Assembly: GCA_964016885.1 (NCBI GenBank)
Contig: OZ024743.1
Location: forward strand, 165,912,001 to 165,976,000
DNA: 64,000 bases
Origin: Eledone cirrhosa
Taxonomy: Eukaryota
Direction of reading: 5' to 3'
The translations under genes were made by a program, and so were the position numbers. The notes beneath the pieces are model-generated. The model ran no database searches. It saw only the letters and a program-made list of their open reading frames with translations, and was not told where the DNA came from. Below are positions 52,731 to 64,000 of this stretch, piece by piece; the first letter of the stretch is position 1, and each line of letters begins with the position of its first letter.

Positions 52731-53216
52731 GGTATTTAGTAGATGTTTGTGTTGAGAATGTGTGTATTATTGTATCACAGAAGTCACCATTGAAGATGTT
52801 AAAATCAATGCTATGGAAAATAGCATCTTACGACTTTATAATTATTTATATATAATTTATTTACAGATTACAAAGTTTAGAAGAATGTCTCTTGAGAGGA
52901 TAGTTAATGTCATCAATAAAAAGGTTATAAAGGTTTAAATGGCATGCCAAAAAAAATTATTAATTACGAGTTTAAGACGGTACGGTCAACTGGCTGAGAC
53001 GTTAGCCAGACCCGTAGTGATATCTGTTGCTACATATAGTCTATGCTTGAAGAACGAAAGTAAGAGATGTTTACCTTCACGCTGTCGAATCGCCGCGGGA
53101 ATTTTTCCCTCTGGGCGGAAGTCGAGATACATTTTCCTACGCTGGTAGCGATTGGCTGAACTGAGCCAAACAACGTACGGAGAATGCATCCATGAGCCCT
53201 CAGAATGTAGGTCACT

Positions 53217-53265
<49 letters not shown>

Positions 53266-53268
<3 letters not shown>

Positions 53269-53876
53269 TGGCTGCCAACTCGTTTTCGAGTACGGCCCAC
53301 TACTTTATATCCATGTAGGAGAACCCTTACCGATGCGCTGAACGAGTGTGACTTTTTAGTCCAGCCAGCGACTTGAAAAGTCTGGTACAAACACTACACT
53401 TGTGACAATTATTGACACATAGTGCTGGGCCCATGGTACCATGTGACGACACGCGCAGAGAGATCTCCAGATATAAAGCAATGCTTGTGCCGAGAAGCTT
53501 TTATAGTGAGCAAAAGGCACTGCACAAAGCCAGTTCCACTCTCTTAACCAAGATGATATTTACCAAAAAGAAGAACAGGTCAACATCATTGGATACCATC
53601 AGGGTTGCAGGTGTTATATCAGAGTTTTCCTTCTCCTAGAATTCTGCCTTCACAAAGGCTAAGGGGTCATCTCTCCCGGTGATTTTGGATGGCCATTGAC
53701 TCTTAAGAGCTCCTTTGCCCTTTGACAGGCTTTGTTTTTAGTCCTGCAGGATGTCCAAAGTCACCCTCCTCACCAAGAAACCTTGGTGGGGTTGCCAGTT
53801 TAGTCGCCAACGACCCGACCATGAGACAGGTTGTACTTGGATACATGTTACCAGTAGCACCAACTGGTGACCTGAC
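53266..53876 (-). mobile_element. Longest copy of the bipartite RTE-related element
   Basis: Reverse complement of 37062-37515 plus ~155 extra 5' nt. Confidence 0.85.
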
Positions 53877-53945
53877 ATACATATATATGTATATACACAC
53901 ACATATTAGTATATATATGTATATATATGTATGTATGTGTACGTA

Positions 53946-54004
<59 letters not shown>

Positions 54005-54008
<4 letters not shown>

Positions 54009-54385
54009 AAATAACGAAACGAAATTAAATTTCGTTTCGTTTGTAACTCACTTTTGTATGACTGACGCTTAAACAATTAAGTTAAAAATGTACATCTACT
54101 CTATGCAAATTAGTCTGCCCACTACTAATTTTCATAGAAAAAGCATATAACGATATGTGCTTTTACGATTCTCCAGAAAGGCCGGTAGATAGGTAAATAT
54201 TCCTGATGAGTTGTAACAACAACGAAACTAGTTCAATATTCCTTGTCTGGCTTTCTGGAGAATAGAGGAAAGGTGTTTCCTCAAAAACCAGTATGACTCT
54301 AAAAACCGGTTTGTCTGTGTGTTTACATACAGAATAGCTGGATACTCACAGTAAAGTAACCAGTGAAAGACTTGGTACATCTACA
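54005..54385 (+). mobile_element. Diverged member of the hammerhead repeat family
   Basis: aaatttcgtttc start, ATGCAAATTAG hairpin, CTGATGA(54203)-gttg/caac-GAAA-ctag-TT. Confidence 0.7.
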
Positions 54386-54455
54386 TATGTATACGTGTGT
54401 GTATTCATATGCATACTAGTATTTCAGTATGCATATGTAGATGTACATTTTTAAC

Positions 54456-54498
<43 letters not shown>

Positions 54499-54994
54499 GA
54501 GAGAGGGAGAGATGGGTGTACATTTATCTACTTATTTATATATTGATGAATGGGTGTATACGTGTATTTATGTGGATGTACACATACGAGCACGTATACA
54601 TATATGTCCGTGTCAATTTACATACACGTATATATGTATGAATATATGCGTGCGTCTGCGTATGTGAACGAATGCGTCTGTATGTATGCGATATATGTGT
54701 ATGTGTGTGTGTATCTATCTATGTATGGATATGTATGTATATGTATATGTGGAGATATCGGTGGTATATGGACATGAAATCTAGCAGTAAATGACAGGCA
54801 AACGACATCTCACGCCTGAACGCACACAACAGCTTCACCGGAGGACAGACAGCCACCACCCCCAAGATAGAATGATGATGATGGGATAAATGAACCAATA
54901 AACGGGCCTAAAATAACATGATGCTAATATGTGCTATAGAAAGCTAATAGCTGAAGGTTTGAACAGATAGAATCGGAGTCGAACTCATATACTA

Positions 54995-55082
54995 AGCATA
55001 TCTGACGACCTTTCGATTACAGAGTCGATCTATAATACATCTTGCCTCGAGCTGATCGATAGAGAAACATATGTAATATGTT
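54995..55082 (+). ncRNA. Type I hammerhead ribozyme motif with long stem II
   Basis: agcatat-CTGACGA-c-ctttcgatta...tgatcgatag-a-GAAA-catatg-TA-atatgtt; 7-bp stem I, ACATATGT palindrome. Confidence 0.85.
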
Positions 55083-55128
55083 AAATATATTATGATGCAA
55101 CACTGAATCCTTGTTCCTCATCCTTGTA

Positions 55129-55178
<50 letters not shown>

Positions 55179-55252
55179 ATTGTGTATGTGTGTGTGTCTT
55201 CCTCCTCCTCCTCTCTCTCTCTCTCATTTTTTTTTCACTCTGTGTGTATACA

Positions 55253-55740
<488 letters not shown>

Positions 55741-55756
55741 TATATATATATATATA

Positions 55757-58700
55757 TAGGAAAATGTTGAACCCCGACGGCAGAGCTCAAGCCATTTCGA
55801 CGGCTACTTCTGGACTAAATTAGAATTTTTAGCGTGGTAAATAAATAGCCGAACTTTTCAAGACGTAATTCCTTATATGGGAACATTGTAGTTGTCAAGA
55901 GGATTGGTCAAAATTTCTTGTAAGCACAATTAAGTCTATCATGACAGTGGGTGGGAGGTGGGGTGGTTGAACTTGGCTGTAGAACAATGAGTGAGTGGGT
56001 GGAACCGGTCAAACGTTGAAAGTGAATTCTATACAGCAAATTCTAAGGAATGGTATGAAAATAGGCCAGAGGAAGTAAGCGAAAAAGGGTTCTGGAGAAA
56101 ATAGAGAAGGGACGTTATAGAATAGGTAAATCAATTGAGATTAGAAAATAATAAATAAATAAAAAATATATAAAAATAAAAATTGGATAGTAAAAAGTGA
56201 TAAAAAATCTCTAGAGCTGCTATATTTAGTTGGTATTACGTTTTCGGCCAATGCTATAGACTAGGTTAATAAGTTTAGAATAGAAGATACTAAATAAATA
56301 AAACATTTATAAAATGTAGGTTAGTAAGGAGTAATACAAAATCTCTAGGGTTTAAAACAGCTGCTATAGTTAGTAGGTATTGCGTTTTCGGCCAATGTTA
56401 TCTATAATTTACTGGGGTGGGGGTACTGAGGCTACAAAAGCCCGATGGGCTGCCTCAGGGTAGGCGAAAGGGGAAAAAGGAAAAGGAAGAGGATAGGGAG
56501 TAGGAGAAAGTGATAGGAAGAGATAAAGGGAAGAAGAAAATAAGAAGGAAAAGAAAAGAGGTACATCTACCTATGTTAGCTGGGGTTTTCCCTATCTTGT
56601 TCGGCAAGTGGGGAAAAAGGAGGATGTTGCAGCTATTGTCTACCCACCAGGGTCATTAGGAGTTTGAGGGCGAGGTAAGTCCTATGCAATCGGTGCTTGC
56701 ATGCAGTTACAAGTTAGTCTATTTTGCTTAGGAGTTGGTCCTTCGTAAACAGCATTTGTAATGTTTCCTCCGAGCATAAGTTACACGGACGGCGTCCTCC
56801 CGTGTAGGAGTTAACCCTGGACAGTAAGCTCCAAGTAAGATTGTATGTTATGTTATTATCTTGGAGGTCCCAGATGTGGCCCGAAAGTGTAGTGGCATGT
56901 CGCCGGGCCGGGTTTCGGAACGTATGTCGGTGTTGGTAGAGCCGGATCTTAAAGTCACAAGCGGTTAATCCTATATAGGCTTTGTTGGAGGTGTCTGTCC
57001 TCACGTTGCATTGGTAGATCACCTTACGTTCTCAGCATCTGTTGTTGAGGGAGCACGTGGGTCTCTCAGGGCAGTTACACCTCGTGGTCGGCTCTCCACT
57101 AATGTCTAGGTTGTTTCTTCCATAGGGGTTGAGTTTCTTGTTGTTTGAGGAGGCGATTTTTGTGCAAAGTTGGGTGTGGTTTTGTAGGAGTATTGTAAGG
57201 AGGGTTGAACCACGCTACGTGGCGTGAGCGGCGGGGTCGCCTGCTGGTTCCGCTAAGGGAAGCTGGATAAAAGGAGATTTACTCCCGGAAGCCGCTTCGC
57301 TTAAGGGCCTGGTTGTAATCAGGCGCATGTTCATCGGGGTCGTCGACCGCACTGAACCCCCCGATCCACGGACTCCCTACTTCACACTGAAGGACCACAA
57401 TCGGACTTCGACCGCAAACCATCCGTCAGGCTTATAAATCCGACGAAGTCGGGCATAGGGAGAATCAGTAAAAAGATCCTAGACCGCGTTATACCAAACG
57501 TTGAGCAAAACGCGAGACTTAGCCTATTGTTCAGCACCCAGGAAGTAATCTCATGGTTCAGGAATATTGAGGACAAACGGGACACCAAATTCATCCAGTT
57601 TGACATAGAGAGTTATTAAGCATCCTTACGGCCACTTTGGACTTTGCCGAAACACTCACACCCATCACCGACCAGGAAAGATATATCATTCTCCACGCCA
57701 GGAAGACAGTCTTCAAGTGGATAAAGAGGGCTCCCGACTCCCCCTTCGACGTCCGTGTGGGCGCGACCGATTCGGCCGCGGTGACCGATCTTATAAGATT
57801 ATTCCTACTATATAAACTCACCGAAATGTTTCCTGCATTCGGCGGTGGATTGTACCGAGACGATGGGCTCCTTACCCTCAAAGGGTACAACCCCGGTAGT
57901 ACAGACCGGGTCCGTAAACAACTAATTAACTTCTTCCGGGACTGGGGATTTAAAATCACTCTACAAACGTCCCTAACCCGAGTAAATTTCCTGGACGTTA
58001 CCCTCAACCTCGAAAATAATATGTACTACCCATACAGGAAACTAAACGACAACCTGCACTATATCCACCGCCGCTCTAACCATCCTAGAAACATCACCAA
58101 TAACCTAGTTAAAAACATATCCCTCCGCATATCTTGTTTGTCCGCTAATGAGCAGATATTCGATGAACATGCGCCTCATTACAACCAGGCCCTCAACGAA
58201 GCGGCTTCCTGGAGGAAATCTTCTTTTATCTAGCTTCCCTTAGCGGAACCAGCCGACGACGCCGCCGCTCACGCCAGGTAACATGGTTCAACCCTCCCAC
58301 AATGTCGAGGTAGCAACACCTCTCGGGAAAATCTTCTTTAGGCTCGTCGAAAAACACTTCCCACTACAACACCGCTACCACAACATAATCAACAAAAACA
58401 CTATCAAACTCTCCTACAGCACCACACCCAACTTCGCACAAAACATCGCCTCCTCAGACAACGAGAAACTCAACCCCTATGGAAGAAACAACCTAGACAT
58501 TAGTGGAGAGCCGACCAGGAGGTGTAACTGCCCTGATAGATCCACGTGCCCCCTCAACAACAGATGCCGAGAACGTAAGGTGATCTACCAATGCAACGTG
58601 AGGACAGGCACCTCCAACAAAGCCTATATAGGATTAACCGCTTGGGACTTTAAGACCCGGCTCTACCAGCACCGACATACGTTCCGGCAACATGCCACTA

Positions 58701-59862
58701 CACTTTCGGGCCACATCTGGGACCTCCATGATAATAACATAACATATAATCTTACTTGGAGCTACTGTCGAGGGCTAACTCCTACACGGGAGGACGCCGT
58801 CCGTGTAACTTATGCTCGGAGGAAACATTACAAATGCTGTTTACGAAGGACCAACTCCTAAATAAAATAGACGAACTTGTAACTGCATGCAAACACCGAT
58901 TGCGTAGGACTTACCTCGCCCTCAAACCCCCTAATGACCCGGGTGGGTAGACAATGGCTGCAACATCCTCCTATTCCCTACTTGCCGAACTAGATAGGGG
59001 AAACCCCAGCTAACATAGGTAGATGTACCTCTTTTCTTTTCCTTCTTATTGTCTTCTTCCCTTTATCTCTTCCTATCACTTTCTCCCACTCCGTATCCTC
59101 TTCCTTTTCCCCCTTTCGCCTACCCCGAGGCAGCCCATCAGGCTTTTGTAGCCTCAGTACCCCCACCCAGTAAATTATAGATAGCATTGGCCGAAAACGC
59201 AATACCTACATTTTATAAATGTTTTATTTATTTAGTATCTTCTATTCTAAACTTATTAACCTAGTCTATAGCATTGGCCGAAAACGCAATACCAACTAAA
59301 TATAGCAGCTGTTTTAGACTCTAGAGATTTTTTTATCACTTCTTACTATCCAATTTTTATTTTTATATATTTTTTATTTATTTATTATCTCCTAATCTCA
59401 ATTGATTTACCTATTCTATAACGTCCCTTCTCTATTTTCTCCAGAATCCTTTTTCGCCTAATTCCTCTATCCTATTTTTATACACAATCCTTAGAATTTG
59501 CTGTATAGAATTCACTTTCAGCACTTGACCGGCTCCACCCACTCTCTCATTGTTCTACAGGAAAGTTCAGCCACCCCACCTCCCACACACTGCCATGACA
59601 GACTTAATTGTGCTTACAAGAAATTTTGACCAATCCTCTTGACAACTACAATGTTCCCATATAAGGAATTACGTCTTGACAAGTTCGGCTATTTATTTAC
59701 CATGCTAAAAATTCTAATTTAGTCCAGAAATAGCCGTCGAAACAGCTTGAGCTCTGCCGTCGGAGTCCAACATTTTCCTATGACCCACTCTTATACCCTA
59801 AGTATTGAGTACTCTGGTGTGTTACGGTCCATCTGGTTCCTTACCACACCTCCTTCGTTATA
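55757..59862. mobile_element. PLE in inverted arrangement: - copy 55757-57335 joined to + copy 57336-59862 with tail
   Basis: FIQFDIESY, GLYRDDGL, VNFLDVTLNL, CNC...CPL..RC, VIYQC..YIG, CNLC..E; 3' UTRs are reverse complements; frameshifted. Confidence 0.93.
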
Positions 59863-59865
59863 TAT

Positions 59866-62070
59866 CTGCGCCTAACGACGCTGTTGGACGGCATGGACTT
59901 TCCTCTCCAGGTGCCGAGTTGCAAGCCCACTGACTTTTCCGGGTTAAGTTTTGCTCCCGACAACCTTTCATATTCCTCCAATAAGTTGCCGACCACCTCG
60001 ATTTCTGAGGTGTCCGACACCATCACGGTGATGTGGTCTGCATAAGCCGACATAGCCTTTCCGCGTCCCGGTTCGAGCGGGATGCCCTGCAACAGCTCCA
60101 GCTTCCGCAGTAAAGGCTCGAGAGTCAATACGTACAGAAGGGAGGAGAGAGGGTACCCTTGACGGACTGATCGGGAGACCTGAAACGGTTCCGAGAGGTG
60201 GCCATTAATTTTGACCATCCAGCAGGTGCCGCTGTGCATTGCAGCGATCCAGCTTCTGAAGACGGGGCCGAAGCCAGCCGCCTTGAGGACAGCCTCCAGG
60301 TACCGATGGTCGACCCTATCGAATGCTTTCGATTGATCTAAATTGATCAGAGCCCCACCGAAGCCAGGTTTACACCCTACCCTCTCTATGATGTATCGAA
60401 TTAGGTGGAGATTGTCGTGTATGGACCTGGTTGGGATTGCGCAAGTTTGCGCCTCCCCAACTAAATCCCCGTCGACAAGCGCCAACCTCTTCGCTAATAC
60501 CCTGGCCAAAATCTTAAACTCTGAGTTGTCTAATGTGTCCCTCTTGTTCTCGTCTTTCCTTATCAGCGTCACTACGCCCCGGCTCACAGAACTGGGAATA
60601 CTCCAGTTTTCCTGCCAGTTGCAGTAGAGGGCTTCGAGGAGATTGGAGAACAAGTCTGGTATATTTACGTAAAGCTCGTAGGGCAGACCATCCAAACCGG
60701 GTGACTTGCGCCTCATGCAACCGACAAGGGCATACTGAATCTAGGCTGAAGTAATTGGCCTTTCGCAGCGCCCAGCGTCAGCCGTCGAGAGTTGCGGCAA
60801 GCCATCGAGGTAGGGACTGAAGTCCGCCACCATCTCTGACCCGCCACTTCCCCCGAACAACCGAGCAAAATGTTGGCGAAAGGTCTCACACATACTCGTG
60901 GAATCGCTCAGCTCGTGCCCGCCTCGGTCCGTCAAAGACCGAATCGTGGTTTTATTACCACGCTGCGCCTCTGTCACGTGGGCCCATCGAACAGCTTTGG
61001 TTCCCTCGTTTCTCAGAGCACGCGCCTTAGCTCTGACAATGCAACCTTCGTGTTTCGCATTGAAGAAATGGTCTAATGCCATTCTCGCCGCTAGCACATC
61101 AGTTGCAATGCCACTACCAATAGCCTCGTCTAACTTATCTACCACCACCACCCCTTTCTATTTGTCTCTAACGCTACTTCTTTGCTAAACTCTATCGACA
61201 TTACTCTAATCTCTCTTTTGAGAGCCCCCCACCATCTATTGTTGACGACTCCCCCTGTCAACTTTTTCTTAACTAAATTGTTGACCTGATCCCTGTAAGC
61301 CTTACGTGCCGGAAATGACAGGTTTAGCTTCCAGTAACCAGGTCCTAAACTACGCGTCCTATCTATGTCGACCATACAGATCACAAACTTGTGATCTGAA
61401 TAGGCGACCGCTTCAAAACGTGGACAGCTTACACTATTTCTGTCTATTTTCCTAATGAATATCCTGTCTATATACGATCTAGATGACCCTATGCGGTTAG
61501 CCCAGATCCACACTGGCGCATTAGGGAAATCTAGTCGGTACCTGTCAGACAGTTGGAACTGGCTGATCAGGTTCTTGAGGCTTTTGCACCCCCGCTCCTA
61601 TCGGATAATCCCACACAGTCCCAGCGTGCGTCTAAGATGCCGTTCCAGTCCCCCGCTAAAAGTAAAGGGCGAGACGTACCCAGAAAGTCTTCCAGGCGTC
61701 TAAAGAAGTCCGGCCGTCCTGCCCCAGTAGGAGCATAGACGGCCACCAGTCTAAAGGCACCACCTTCATTATTGTTCACGTCCAGGACCACCAACTTCCC
61801 GTCCGGGTCCCGGAAGATCGACCTTACCTCGAGATCCAGGCCTTTCCTAAACAGCACTGCCACCCCACCCATCATTCCCAGCCGGCTAACAGATGCAAAG
61901 ATCTGATAGTCGTCGAAAATGGAGGCTAGTGCGCGCGTGTCGGAAATCCTGGTCTCGCTGACTGCAATTACATCCATTTCTATAGACCTGTGGTCGTTGA
62001 GCAGGTGACCCTGCTTCCAGGACGATCCCAGTCCTCGAGCATTTAAACATCCTACTCTTAATACGGCCAT
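59866..62070 (-). pseudogene. Tx1/L1-like ORF2 (APE + RT), cut off at the PLE end
   Basis: LNARGL, VSETR, AGDWN, YSDH, GYWKLN, DQSKAFDRVDH, AYADH; same family as 28268-30765. Confidence 0.93.
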
Positions 62071-62101
62071 GTTGGCAGGTTAAACAGAGAGAGAGGAAGG
62101 T

Positions 62102-64000
62102 TTACTTACCTTCCGGGCTCTTGTGAAGGTCGGCTTGTAGGACCTCCATAGTTAGTGGGGTTTCTTTTGGGAACCCCTTTAAAAGTCTTGAAGTGGGTTT
62201 TACGTTCGGTGTTCCCACGTCCCGAGGAAAGCTGTCTCGTATTTCTTTGAATATGTCGAGCGACATTCGCACCAGAACCAAATCTTCCGGCACGCGAAAT
62301 GTGCTCGATTTAAAAATGTCCCCCTCTTTTTGTATATTTTCACTTCGTGCTACGAGGGCCATCAGTTCCTTGTTGGTCCTCCTGACGAGCACGAAGTTTT
62401 GTATGTTTTGTTGGTGTGATTTTATTTGTTTGCGTGGCTGTGGTGGTGACGGTTTTGGTGGTGTTGTTTCGGTTGTATCTGTGTTTTTTGTGAGTGCGGT
62501 GTCTGTGGTTTCAGATGTTTGTGTGTATATTTGTTCTTGCGTCTGTTTCGGTTGTTTGCGTTTGGGGGGATTCTGGTGATGGTGATGGTGGTGTTGATGT
62601 TGGTGTTATTGGAGAGATGTTTGCGTGGGTCGTGTCTGCGTCTTTTATTGTGGGTGCTTTTGTGCTTTGTTGAGTTTTTTTTTTCTTTTTGTTTCCTTTT
62701 TTGTATTTTGGGTGATTTTGGATTTCCCTCATTTTCACTACTGGTAGATGAGGGGTCTGTGTCTGTAAGTGTGTCTGTATGTATGTTTATGGTTTTATTG
62801 GTGTGTGTATTTTTTTTGGGGGGGGGGAGGGGGATTTGACAGCTTTCCTCGTTTCCCCCCTGGGTGGTCGATGTTGGTGGTGGTCTTTCTATTGGTGTTG
62901 TTGGCGGTTTTGCCGATGCTGGTGTTGGCTGTGGTCCTCGCCCCGGCGTCGGCAGCAGTGAAGCCTTTCGACCCCTTGCCTCTTTCAGCAGTTGAGGGCA
63001 GAAGGCTTGCAAATGGGTTTTTTCCCCACAAACAAAACACTGCGGCCTTTTGCCTTCAGTCAAAATGTGAATGACCGTCCCATTCTGAAGGCGGATGTGG
63101 TCTGGGATTGTCTTCACATTCTCGGGCCTGATCTGGAGAAGGATCTCCAGGTCAACCCCGGACCAGTCCTCTCTGGCCGTTCTGGTCACTTCTATAGGGA
63201 CTGTATCCGTCCCCTCCACAATCACACATCCCAGAAGCCACCACATGTCAAGTCCTGGTGGGATTCTGGGAATGCGGAGACGGGCCGTTCTTTTTCCCAT
63301 GTGGGAGGGGTACATTATGACCTTGCTGGTTTTGCAAGGAGTCATAGCGTGTTTCATAGCGAGGGCTTCTGACTTGAACAACACCGAAATGGTGCCGTAC
63401 TGTCTGCCTCTCTCTATGTACTGGGTGTCTTCTCTGATGCACCTCAGCGCGACTTCGACATTTTCTTGTGGGATTAAAGCTGCCCTTTTGGTTTGTGCTG
63501 AGATGCATCTATAATGCACCGTTTTGCGCACAACTGCCTCAATAGCTTCTACCGGGACAGTTAAGTTGGCCCAAGTTTGCTCTTGCTTGATGAGCTTCTA
63601 TGCTTGGGCCAACTTTTCATCTTTTGTATGAGAAAAAAGTTCAAATATTTGGGCCAAAAGGCCCAAATATTATACTTTCCCCTTCGCGGGGCAAAGTCTA
63701 AGGGCTTATATCCCTTACACAAGAAATATTTAATAACAAATAATTTTAACAGGCAAATAAAGCGACTTACTGTGAGCGAGCAAAATCCGTCCGCTTAGAC
63801 CAATAATAATAATAATAATTTTTTTTTTTTTGGGGGGGGGGGGGGTTCTTTTTCTCTTTTTTCCTGATGCCGTTTCCCACTTCTCGTCGTCACAATCTGT
63901 CTCCAGTTGTGACAGGCCGGGGAGTGGAAAATCCTCCACAGGCGTTGGTTTGGGTTGTGGCGTGGTGGATGGTGTAGGCGCTAGTGCTAGTTCTGGCGCG
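62102..64000 (-). pseudogene. Tx1/L1-like ORF1 with CCHC zinc knuckle, frameshifted and interrupted
   Basis: CFVCGEKTHLQAFC in ORF 62422-63531, directly upstream of ORF2; assignment above ~63600 is uncertain. Confidence 0.75.

Overview
Eukaryotic, AT- and microsatellite-rich repeat region with no convincing host gene. The SINE cores and huge TA/TATG arrays resemble octopus/cephalopod DNA (inference from memory, not a search). Nearly all YIYI-type ORFs are microsatellite artefacts. Recognisable elements: an internally deleted CsRn1-type Gypsy LTR retrotransposon (10704-15697, -), an intact RTE LINE ORF with three C-terminal C2H2 fingers (38452-41997) plus three bipartite non-autonomous relatives, a near-intact R4/Dong-like RLE LINE (-), two degenerate Tx1/L1-like LINEs, a Helitron helicase remnant, several fold-backs/MITEs, and many Penelope-like element (PLE) fragments. 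The main unexplained signal is RNA-structural. About 20 type I hammerhead ribozyme motifs, many with palindromic stem III, occur in PLE ends, in non-coding fold-back mini-elements and in a ~420-bp tandem retrozyme-like family whose stem I covaries. Six otherwise unrelated element ends also share a covarying RCUC-stem-UN bulge-GAGY hairpin, which in the fold-backs sits just beyond the point where the short arm stops. Element boundaries are approximate and all folding was done by eye.
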